A stretch of DNA of 64,000 nt from Eledone cirrhosa (lineage: Eukaryota), in the NCBI GenBank assembly GCA_964016885.1, contig OZ024745.1, positions 93,558,001-93,622,000 of the forward strand. Reading direction: 5' to 3'. Made by a program: the position numbers and the translations under genes. This document shows, piece after piece, positions 1 to 12,500 of the stretch (positions are counted from its first letter, which is position 1; every line of letters begins with the position of its first letter). A model generated the notes under the pieces. That model saw only the letters and a list, made by a program, of their open reading frames with translations. It was not told the DNA's origin and did not search any database.

Positions 1-1423
1 ATGTTTGTGTGTCTGTGCATGTGTGTGTAGGGGATATTTATGTATTAAAAAGTTCAAATTATAGAAATTTGTTGCATAAATAACATCAACGATGATGTAG
101 AGAAATGGTGTTTCATTGTAAAATAATCACTCCAGATATTTTAGCACCTTATATATGTAGAATGTTACCGTTGTTTTTTGGGGCTCACATAATCCTTGGC
201 TTATATTCAAGTATAAATAAACAAGAAAAATGTATCATTAGATATAAATTGATACATTTAATGGAGCTGTCTGATTCAAAACAGGCTGGCACTACAAGGC
301 CAGCAATTGAAGATAATTATCCCACTTCCATTGATGGACCAACAGAATGGTCAGCTAAATCTAGCAGTAAACAACACACCAACAATTTAGCTGAAATCCA
401 TACTATACAAACAGAAGAAAACCGAAAATGATCTGGGATGACATGTTTCAACAGGTCCACAACCTAAATTAGAGTGACAGGCCATACAACACCAGTATAA
501 GTAAAGAACCCAGTACATTAAGAATTGGAGGCAGTAAACAAAATTGCTGACAATTATCTGAAGGCCACACAGTCCAGAGATATGAAAACAACAAACAAAA
601 CCATTTGTCTTTTGATATATGTCTCAGCTATCACATTGCTAGCGTATTGCAAAGAGCTGACGCCATGCAATTGAGATACAAAAACCTGAACCAGCATGGC
701 TATGTAATTTAAAAAATGAAATTTTGTTCTTGTGAAGAAATAACTTACAGATTGATGTAGTTGCGAAATGTAACACAGAAAACAATTTTACACATCAGGA
801 AAACCTAAAAAAAAAAAATAGAAAGGCAATTTAGCGATACAGGATTTAAAACCCTAAACTCCAAACTACATCAGCTGAAGCAACAACTCATAGTTACAGC
901 TGAAAAACTAAAATATAAATCTACAGTTTATAAACTGTAGATGTACTGTATTAGAGCGAAGCAAAGTACTTGAAATTTATCTGTTTAAGTGCTTGTTGTT
1001 TTCTTTAGTCATCTTGTGTATAGAATTAAGACCTTTCTGTAAACTTTAATACAATTAGGACTTAAAATTATTTTTGATAGCTTAGGACTATGAGCACAGC
1101 TAGTGAGGATGGCTGTACTGATGATTGAAGATATATCTGAGTGATCTATTAAAAACAGTATTGGTTTCAATACAATTTTCTGGGGTGTAACTACAGTAGA
1201 GCGATTTGGTTGCTATCTCTAGCTGATTGAATAACTACATAGAAGCTCTCTCTTTGGTTTATATATTGCAAATAATTTTGGAAAAAGTATGAACATCGCA
1301 ATTTTGATTTTTTTTCTTCTGTAAATAATAGAACCTTTATGAATAGTCATAATAAACCATAGTCTTTCAATACAATTTGAAATTATTTTTGTTGTTTAAT
1401 TGCTTCTGTTATTCTTCTTCCAG

Positions 1424-1502
1424 GGAACTGTAGTCATCAATGTGACAGCTATTGATCAAGATAGAGGCATCCCAAATAAGATTCGCTATGAAATGGTTAA
1501 GG
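1424..1502 (+). CDS. cadherin exon 1 in window ([26 protein letters not shown])
   Basis: ttccag acceptor, gtatga donor, AxDxD motif; ends phase 1. Confidence 0.9.
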
Positions 1503-2085
1503 GTATGATTTTTAAGATTTATTCTCTAAATCTCAAACTATATATATGCATTGCTTTGTGCCTATGGAGATAACATCTTATGTTGATTTAGTTCACAAAA
1601 CAGTTAGGAATCTGCTGTGAAGAGCAAAAGTAAAATATAATCAGCAACAGTTTTGTTGACTAGCTTATCAAAGTTTCTACTGTTATACATTAGACTATAA
1701 TAGTACTCAAACAATGACTCTGTTGAACAAATTTTGTCAGCACCATGTTAAAGTGAACATCAAATAAATGAATGTTTAAGTCAGATAAAATGAGTTAATG
1801 ATATTAATTTATTTATTCTATTATAAATAATTAGATCGAAATAAACATTTAAAATAAAAATTTTAATATTTTGTTCCTTGATGATTACATTTTAAGGAGT
1901 ATTTCTTGCATTTTTTTGTTCGCATTTTATGATTCAGACTCTAGATGTCTGCATCTGGATATATGAATATATTGGCACTTCTAGTCATGCTACAAAAACA
2001 GATAGATAAAATTACACACGTGCATGCATGCACACATGCATGCACGCACACATGCATGCACGCAATCATGCTCACGCATGCATAT

Positions 2086-2141
<56 letters not shown>

Positions 2142-3499
2142 GTTCTGTTGGTAGTTTTAACCCTTGACCAAGATGGAACACCACTTTTAATGGTATAGTC
2201 AATTATATTGATCTCAGTTTTTGTAGATTAGTACTTATTTAATTAATTCATTTGAGATTTTGAGTTTTAATTTTGGTCATCTCAAGTTTCAGTTGATACA
2301 CCACCAGAAATATTGAAGTAAGAACAAAAATCACACAAGAGTAAATATTATAAAAGACTCAGCCATATATTAACTAAATAACTGAGTGATTCTTATTTCA
2401 CTATAAAGTCACAGAATCATAGTTGACCAGAAACAAACTATAGCCACTAATACCCAAAGCAGCACTATTACTACTAATGCCCTCAAACATAATCCCCTAT
2501 TTTTATTCATTATTATTCTGTGCAATGGATTGGCAGTATCAGTAGAGGGTCGGACACCATGCTTTGCAGCATAGTTACATCCCTTTATGATCTGAGTTCA
2601 AATCTCGCCAAAGTTAACTTTGCCTTTCATGCTTTCGGGGTCGATAAAATAAAGTACCAGTAATCCACTGGGATAATTGCTGGCCTTGTGTCAAAAGTAG
2701 AAACAATTATTATTCTGCCTCAACACTACCACCAAACTCCATATGAGATTCATTGATGAGAAAATACTATTAAATTAAACAGAATATTGGTCATTTTTCA
2801 CTGAATGCTATCTGAAGTATGAATTTAATTTAAAAAAAAAAATCAAACCAAAAATCATCTTTCAAGCTTTTGTTCTATTTTTCAGACCTTTGTTCAGCCT
2901 TTTCTATTAACAGTTCAACAGGTGCCCTCTCAGTTAAATCTGGTAATCTTGACCGGGAAAATCAGACAATTGTTTCATTGGATGGTGTCTGTACTGTTGA
3001 AATAATGGTATTTCTTATTTATTTTTTACTTATTCTTTTATTTTTACTAACTAAAACAATAAATTATCTCATTGTACAACTTTAACCATCTGAATTTTGT
3101 GGTAAATAGTTGTGACAATGTGCTTTGCCTATAATCTCACTATATCTTTTGCACATTCGCAGATTACACTGTGTGCATCTTATGGAATTTCTGCCCACTC
3201 TATTTCGACATATCAAACATGGCCACTTTCCTAATGATAATGTTCCTGTCTTCTTTCTGATTTACCAGTATTTTAGTCTTTAAGTTTACTTTTAGGTCTT
3301 TTGATTCTAGGTTTTTCTTCCATGCCCAGAATTTTTCTTCGAATTCTTCCATGGATTCAGCTAAAATTATATAGGAGTTCCCATGGAGTGGCAGTCTTAA
3401 ATTCCTCTGTTATGGCTTGTATAACAATGATAAACAGAAGTGAACTGAGGACTGAGCCCTGGTAGGCCACATCTGCACTTCAAATTCATTATATATATA

Positions 3500-3533
<34 letters not shown>

Positions 3534-6500
3534 GAGACCAGACGTTTGTGTTTGGGTGTGTGTCTCTATCTATTCCCTTTGCATTTAATATTACTTATTT
3601 AGGCAGTGATATTTGTTTATGTCCCATGATTCAGCAATTAAATTTGTAAAGATTAAGAAACAAATGAAGGCTGATGTCAAAAAAAGGCTTCCAGCCATAG
3701 AATTCTGCTTCAAAAAATCTTGGTCATCAAAACAAACATAAAAATTCCTTTTCATTCAATCTCATATTTATAATTGTTGACTAGTATTTTCAATTAAATA
3801 AATTATTTAGTATAAATCATGTATCTTGTAGGCTTATGAACTAGCAAATAATCAAAAGAGTAATAACGCAACAAAAATCATCACAATATTTGTGGAAGAT
3901 GTGAATGACAACAAACCATTTTTCAATAAAAATTCTTACAATGCTTCTGTTCGTGAAGGTGCTTCGGAGGGTAGTCCTGTAACATTAAGTGAGGCAATAA
4001 CAGTGAGAGACAACGATACGGTAAGGATCTCTTGAATTCCTCTTTCATATTTTTTCTTATCTATTTCATTTTATATTTTGTTGGTATTTTGATGTTTTAA
4101 TAGGGAAAAATTATGTTTTCTTTTTGTTCAAAGAAATGTATTTTCTAAAACTCATGACAGACTTCTCAGAAAATTTTGGGAGAAAACTGGGTTTTGTAAG
4201 GATAATACTGAGCATAAAGCGGTAAAATAGCAGAGTTGTTAAAATATTGGATAGAATGCTTTGCTTTATTTGTTTCTGCTTTCTGCACTCTGAGTTTAAA
4301 TCATACCAAGGTCAACTTGATAAATAAAGTACAAGTTCAATTAAGAGGTACATTCTTCCTCTATATTTCTTTTCACTCCTCTCTCTATCTCTGGAAGAAA
4401 TCAGCTATCTTCTGACTTGAAGAGGGACAGACTCCACCATGGTGCTCCTACAACTACATCAAGAGTTAAGGGACCATGGCATAGCAGTACTTGTTATTAG
4501 TTTTTGGTTGTTTCAGTAAACACTACTGGAGTAGGCATATAATAAAAAGGAAACCAAATAAATGTTGCATTGCTAACATACTATATTTTAGCCTAATCTA
4601 GTTTCATTTTGTACCCTGTGTGTAGTCATTTATTGCAAGAGCACAGTCATCCATTACTTTTTATTGTCTGGCTGAAAGATCAACTGGCAGTATGTGGCAC
4701 CAATGGACCAGAACACTGAGTGGTTCATCTATGCTGACGACCTCTGTGTTACATCCCAAGAGAGTACATTCGAAGCAGTAGAAGCAAACCTCAACTCAGC
4801 CCTGGATGAGCTACTCCTCTACTATGAAAGCAACCACCTGCACGCAAACCCTGCGAAGACTCAAGCCTGCTCGTTCCGTCTCAGAAACCAGGAAGCCAAC
4901 TGACCTCTTAACATCACATGGTCAGGAACACCACTTGAGAATTGCACCAATCCTGTCTACCTTGGCGTAACCCTGGACTGCGCCCTCTCATTCAAGGAAC
5001 ACATCAAAAACACTAAATTGAAAGTCATCTCCCGGAACAACATCCTACGGAAACTAACCAACTCCAAATGGGGAGCCACAGCACACACACTAAGATGTAC
5101 TGCCTTGGCCCTATGCTATTCCTCTGCGGAGTACGCGTGTCCTGTTTGGGAGATATCAACCCATGCCAGTAAACTAGGCCCAGCGTTGAACAACACCTAC
5201 CATTTGATCACTGATTGCCTGAAGCCTACCAACCCGAACAACCTGCATCTCCTCGGTGGCATTGCCCCTGCAGATATGAGACGGGAAGCTGCCAGCCGAG
5301 TAGAGATCACACAGGCTATCAGTGATGAACGCCACCTCCTTCACGGACCTGAACCTCCGGCCCAACGACTAAAGTCAAGGAGAAGCTTCCTCAGCCATGT
5401 CCAGCCCCTAAAAACATCTCAGGAAGAAACTAGACTACAGCTATGGACTAGAAAGCTAGAGAATGACTCCCCTCCTATTGATATGGGAATCCCCCCTTCT
5501 GAAGCCCTCCCTCCTGGCTCAGAAGCACCATGGGTCCAGTGGAAGACACTCAACCACCTGAGAACAGGAATGGGGTGATCAAAAGCTGCTATGGCAAGAT
5601 GGGGCTACAAGACTGGGGCCTAACCATCTGCGAATGCGGAGAGGAGGACCATACGATGCAGCACTGCCTTGTTTGCCCTCTACTACCCAACCAGTGCAGC
5701 TTAAAAGATCTCGCAGAATTTAATAATAATGCAAAGGACTGTGTAAAGAAATGGGAAACTGTCATATAACTACATGCTTCGAAGATGCGAAAAGAAGAAG
5801 AATTACTCTACATATACTTTTATATTTACTATTGTATTTTCATGGTAAAGGCTTTAGCTCACATAATATCGAAGCTATGAGATTTTGATGTTTATTTATT
5901 TTGAGAACAATACCTTAATATCAGTATGAGTGGCCGTTTATGGCCAGTTTGATCAGAAAGAAGTGAGAGAGTTCTGGTCGGATACAGCCGGTTTAAATGC
6001 TAAATCATTAATCTTAGCTGGTTTGTCAGTTTTATGATAGGAAGTAGATGATTGTTTGTGATGTTGAATAACAAGAAAATTATATGATGTTCATCAGAGT
6101 AATGTTCTTGCTCCAGTGTTGTTTAACATTTATACAAATGATCAGTACTTTTTTTCCAAATATACACAGCAAAAACAAAGAAAAGCAATTAAACTCCACA
6201 CCCTTAGTTGAACTGTATCTCAGCTATGCCCCACAGAGAAAATGGCATAAATATTGCCATGAAGAACAGCCCATATCCACTGCATCAGCAATTTCACCTT
6301 ATGGGGTTCCTTCCCTGACATGATGTCATCATCCTAATTTGACAGAAGAGAGTGACAGTGTGCTAGAAATTTCAGTAGAAACCTTCACAAATTGGAATCT
6401 GTCTGTTAATGTCTAGTATTTATTCATCTTCCAGACCTTTACATTGCATGTGGCAATTTCCATATTTATAGCTGAAGGGACAAAGATGGCATTGAAGAAT

Positions 6501-9500
6501 GTGTCACAACATATGACATACCCTCTTAAACAGGAAAAAAGGTCATCTTGTCTAGGTGCTGCCTGCAGTCAAAGCCAACAGACTCCAGTTTTAACAAGAA
6601 ATTGGCAGCATCAGAGTTCCTTTTGAATGCTATTCAATGTGGTATGGTGAGGGAAATATCCCACACTGTGATAACAAGAAAGCTGGTGTGCTCTCAACTT
6701 GTCAACAGTAGCTCCACAGTGGTATTTGCGTGGCTCACACATGCAGGCTCACACAGGGTGGTCTTTAATGCACAGGAAGGTTACTGTATTAAGCCAGGCA
6801 CCAGTTTGCTTACAAGGTAGTCCGAAGGCAGGCATATAATTTGGTCAAGAGAAGACTTGATTCTTATGCCGTTTGAACTACATGTTGGTGTTGTCTCAGT
6901 TACAGTAATAAGTAACATCCTGAAGGATGTCAAGTGAAAAAGGTCCACAGAAGCTGAGATCACTGAACTTCAATGTTGAGTATCAGTCAGGTACATTCTG
7001 CCAGTCATTCTGGCTAAGTTTCAGGCATTCTTGGATAGCTTTCAAGAGGATACGCTAAGAATGTAGACCTCATCCCTCAGGATCAGATACACTTCAGTCA
7101 GGACAGATAAAATGCTGTATATGGCATCATCAAATTGAGTTTCCCCATAATTTACATTCATCAACCTCTGACTTAGATGAGTTCATCCCAAGTCCAAGAA
7201 GCAATTGAGTTAGCATAGTAGGTCATATATGATAAATTCAGCTGGACCATATAGTGTCACTTTGTTCAAGTACCAGCCATTATATGGTGAATGGATAGAG
7301 TTGGCAACATTATCAAAAGCTAACATAAAGAGTATTCATCTTGCTGGACACTGGTGGTGGATATTACCATGTTGCCAGCAATGATGACCAGGCTAGGAAT
7401 CTTGTAGAAAAGATGTATCAGGGGGAATTTTGCATGTTCAACATTATGAGATGGTGAAGAGAATCAGGAGTTGGGGGTGGACAGCTACTTCATATCTGTA
7501 TTTGACAAAATGAGCACATGGAATAGTATTCTATGAAAACTAACAGTGTGGTAAAAGTCTTCAAACACTTAAAATAACAGCTTTGGTTTTATTTTACTCA
7601 GCTACAGAATATCTATGTCTAGTATGGGCTAGATTTTTACATACAAGATTTCTGCATTATCAATGAATCATGCTAACATATAACTGACTATTTCAATACT
7701 GGATATAGAACTATCTAATGTTTCTTTGAAGGGAGAGTAAAGCGATTTGAAGAAATGTTATTATAATATTGGGTGTACCATTATTCAATATTTAAAGAAT
7801 TATTATTTCAAAACCAGACATACCAGCTAGAGGCTGGCCTACACATCAACATCTCCAAAACAAAGTGTATGACAACTGATAAAAACAATGCCAATCTCCT
7901 ACTCACAATCTACAACCAGCGAATTGCTCAAGTTACGGAGTTTGTATATCTCAGTCACAAACTATCATCAAACAACAAGGGAATGGTTGCTGTGCAATAT
8001 CGCATCACTCTAGGTTGGGCAGCTTTCAACAAGAATAAAGAAGCACTAACATCAAAACGAGTTTCCTATCATTTGAAGGCTAAGACCTTTGATACTTACA
8101 TCCTACCAGTTGTGTTATATGGTCTTGACTGTGTTAATTGGACGACAAGGTCACTTCAGAAGCTCTCTACATTCCAGAACCACATCATAAGACTTATGAC
8201 TGGCAAGCGGCTCAGCGGCCGTATCTGTATCAGTGAGCTGCTCAACATTACCAAACTTAGACCAATTACATCAATTGTTAAGTCAAGAGTACTCAAACTA
8301 TACGGTCATATAAAAAGATGAACTTGTGGTGTGAGTAGGTTATGCCTAGAAGGAAGGTTGGCTGGTAAGAAAAGCAGAGGCCGGCAGCCAAAGCGATGGC
8401 TTGATAATGTCAACCTATGGACTGGACTTGATCTTTGCTCTTTAAACTCTGCTGCTGGTGATCAAACTTTGTGGAGAAAAATATCTCATGTTGATGCACA
8501 GTGGTAGTAGTAGAAATGAGTGAAACAATTTAAAGAAATGTTATTTCAATGCTAGGCATCACAATATCCAATGCTTCTCTGCAAATAGAGCAAATTCATT
8601 TAAAGAAACAGTAGACAGGATTTAATCAGGGTGTTTAGGTAGAGAGAATACCTTGATATCTGACAGCAGCATCCTTAGGGACAGATGGTCTCACTGGTTC
8701 TCACTTGACCTTCATTTTTGGTTATGGGACATTTTGCAGCCACATCCCAGTAACTGTATCTGTTGGTAGACTAAACTTAGTGAGGGACTAGATGCTTGAA
8801 AAGGAGATAGGCACTGCCAAACATTTCTGAGGTCTACTGAAATGCCATGTCAAACATCTAGAGTAGCAGCCCAACAACTGACTGCACCAGTTGCAGGAAC
8901 TTGATTGGTTTATATCTCATTCAATTTACAAACATAATCTTTTACTTGTTGACTAATATTGCTCAACTTGATATCAGAAAAAACTGTTGTCACCAAAGCT
9001 GAAAAACAAAAGCAAATTTAGCTTAATCAGAGACACAAAAGTGTAATCTTGGGGAATACCCTCTCTGTGACTGTGGATCAGTTCAACCAATGATGCAGCA
9101 TCTGCTGGTTTGCCCATTATTGGATTTCTTTTGCTATTTAGATGATTTGTGAATTAAAATAAAAATGCACAAGATTGTGTGAAAAAGTGGAATATTTTGA
9201 TATAAATATTGAATAATAATTTCTAATTTAGGCACATGGCCAACAATTTGTGGTGAGGGAAAGTTTATTAATTTGTCAAACAGACATACTTATTCAAAAG
9301 ATGGATTTGCCCTCATTTATTTTAGGTGGAGTTCAGTAAATTCAATCTCACACTCAAAACTATGGATAACAAAATATTCACTGCACTCAAAATCTATCCT
9401 CCATCATCAGTAAGCAAAACTAATGTAGCTTTGAGTGTAAATAATTCTGAGGAACTTGATTATGAAAAAATCCAAGAAATGAAATTTAAGGTAAGCATGT

Positions 9501-12500
9501 ACTTTAGTATAATTTGATTGAATGTAATTTGTATAAGCTTAGAATAAAATTAAGTGTGTGGTACTAATCCAGTTGATATAACCGGTGTCATCTGTTGTTG
9601 GATTGTCTCTCACCATTGGTATCTATCTTCTGTCATGTACAGAAGAGTCGCAGTGTAATGACCTGTTCAGTCCTTGATGTTTTCAGACAAGGATTTTCTT
9701 TGTTTGCCTCTTCTTAGTTGAGAATGGTTCGGTTTTGGACAAGGAGTTGTGCCATATGAGTGTTCATCTTTTTACCATCACAAAGAGAGGTTCCTGCCTG
9801 TCAATATTTGTTGACTCTGTGTTTGACAAAGCTGCTTGTCTTTTACTCTGTGTATGGAATACCTTCTGAAACACTTGTGCTTGGATACCTGAATTCTTCA
9901 TTCCATGTTGACTATAAGAATCAAAGTCACCAGGGACCTATACAATTTGAACCTCATAGGAAAACTGAAGGAATTGCTTTTCAAAATAAATATGGCAGAA
10001 GCGGCCGAACTGAGTCTTGTCTTTTTTCTGTGACACTAATAAAATTCAAATTTGTTATTATCTGTTTCATATTTTATAAATTATTTATTTCCATTGTCAT
10101 TTAAAAGTATGGTATTTATTTTGTAAATTAATTTTTGAATTTTAACAATAAATGTTCAGGTCAATAGATCATATCTCTGTATATATGATGCATAACTAAA
10201 GTATATTACATTTTAGTTTTAAGGGTAGTAAAAATATTTAAGGGTACATATATAGATTGAGGTCAAGTGTATTCGGGGTTTGTTTCAGTATGTAACTAGA
10301 TTTAAGTAAAGTTGATTTTTCTATAAAGTTCTAATATATTTTTTTAAAGAGTGTCAGTTTCATCATCATCATCATCATCATCATTTAACATCTGCTTTCC
10401 CTGCCACCAAGGGTTGGACAGGTCTACATAAACCAAGTCAGTATTGAAACAAGGCTACTGACTTCCCAGATAGGCCAGAGGTCTGCATGTTACTTATGAT
10501 TTTTGAATTTATTCAGTTATGACAAAAATAAATAATGAGATTACTTGTCATAGTTTTCATCTTTTATGATAATGAGGAGAAAGAGGCAGGGGGAGGATTA
10601 CGAGGACAAATCTGACAAAATAACTTCAATGACTGAGGACAATCATGGGGACGATGATTATGATGACAATAAAAAAGTCAAGATTAATGGGTTTTTTTCC
10701 TAAAGAATTCTATGTTTTGTTATTATTTTTTAATCAGTAATTTTCTCATATTTACTTGTGAATTTTCCAGATTGTTGCCACAGACACAGATTCAAATAAC
10801 GAATCTGAAGTAAATGTTACTCTGAAAATAGATCATAAAAATGAGTTCCCTCCCAAATTTGAAAAGGCCAATTACAAAGTTAATGTATCTGAAAATGAGG
10901 AACTTGACAATCTGATTATTATAAACGTAAGTGTTAAATAATTTCTCTTTAAATGTTTAAATATGTGAGATGGGTTGCTAACATCCATGATCTTGGCTGG
11001 TCACACTTGGGGATCCGCCAGATCAGTTGGAGATGGTTGCTTCTGATAGGACCTGTTGGAGGGAGTGTTTAAGGACTCTGCCCCACGACCCTCTCAGGAA
11101 TAAGTGGGCAAAGAAAAGGAGAAGGCTTGTTTAGAATTTTGTAATTTACTAGACTTATTAATCTTATCTTTAGAATGTATATTTACAATAAACTAGTAGA
11201 TTAGTATGTTATTATTCTTAGTTTAGAAATAAAGGTTTCTATTTCAAATCCAGTATGGTACTGTAGCAAGGTGGTCAGCAATTGTGGCAAGAGGGTCAGC
11301 AGTAAAATAAAAAGGTGTATAAGGAATCAGAAGGCGTTTTGATTGAAAATAAACATAGGAATTTATTAAGTCATATGACAAGCATGCCTAATGCCGAATA
11401 TGTGACAAAGGTGGGAGCAGGTCAGTGGGAAATAATGTTCAAGTCCATGAGTGTTGCAAATATTAACTTTCAGTTACTCACATTGAAGAAGTAAAAAGTC
11501 CTCGTTTCGAATAAGAATAATTGTTTCTACTTTTGGCACAAGGCCAGCAATTACCCAGTGCGTGACTGGTACTTTATTTTATCGAACCCGTAAGGATGAA
11601 AAGCAAAGTTAACCTCAGCGGGATTTGAACTCAGATCATAAGGGGACGTAACTCTATGCATCAAAGTATGGTGTCCGACCCTCTACTGATACTGCCAGTC
11701 CACCACCTACTGTTTCGAATAAGAATAATGCAGCATATGAAATGTGTCAGCTAGTGGTGTCCTGGGTTACTGATGGTGATAGGAGGAGGAGGGCTGGACA
11801 TGTCTTATCAGGCTAGAAATCTAGCAGCAACTAAACTACAGAACCATTTAGAGAACAGACTGATTAGAACATAGTGCAGATATGAATATTATAAAAATAT
11901 TTGCTCTAAAATATGAAAGTATAATTGAATTAATTTTACTTTATTTTCAATGACAAGGAAGCATGAGACAAATGCTACTAACTAGTCTATGGTAAATCAA
12001 CATTTCACATAGGTTTGATGGGTCTTCTACAACATGAAGTGGCCCCTTTTCATCTTCTTTGTGAGGTTTAATCTCTTGAGATTAGCTTTCCCTACTTCAT
12101 TTTATGTCTTCCTTGACCATTTTTCACAGGCTCCGTCCACTTGGATTGCTTGGCTTTTCTTTACCCAACTGTCATGTCTGCACCAGCAGTCTTCTTTCTT
12201 GCCCAAATCTAATTCCTCTTATACAGTTATTTTCCCAGCTTTTGCATATCCCCTCCATTCAGTGCTCATGTTTTGCTACCATATAGCACTGCACTGTCAA
12301 CTCATGCATCATGCAATCTACTCTTTATTTAGAAGGCGAATCCTTTCATTTCCAGCAAAGGTAATAACTCCCTAAACTGCTTTTTGTACATCATTTTTTA
12401 ACTTTTGCTACTATGCTTTTGGAATGCCCCCTTGTCTTGCACTGCTAACTAGGTTTCCTAGGTAATAGAAGCTAAGGAGACTTAATTTGAAGGAATTCAT

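Noticed and set aside
6250-7500. Possible coding or transposon remnant (also 250-830 and 30210-30560)
   Set aside because: Composition hints at old elements, but I found no motif I could assign reliably.
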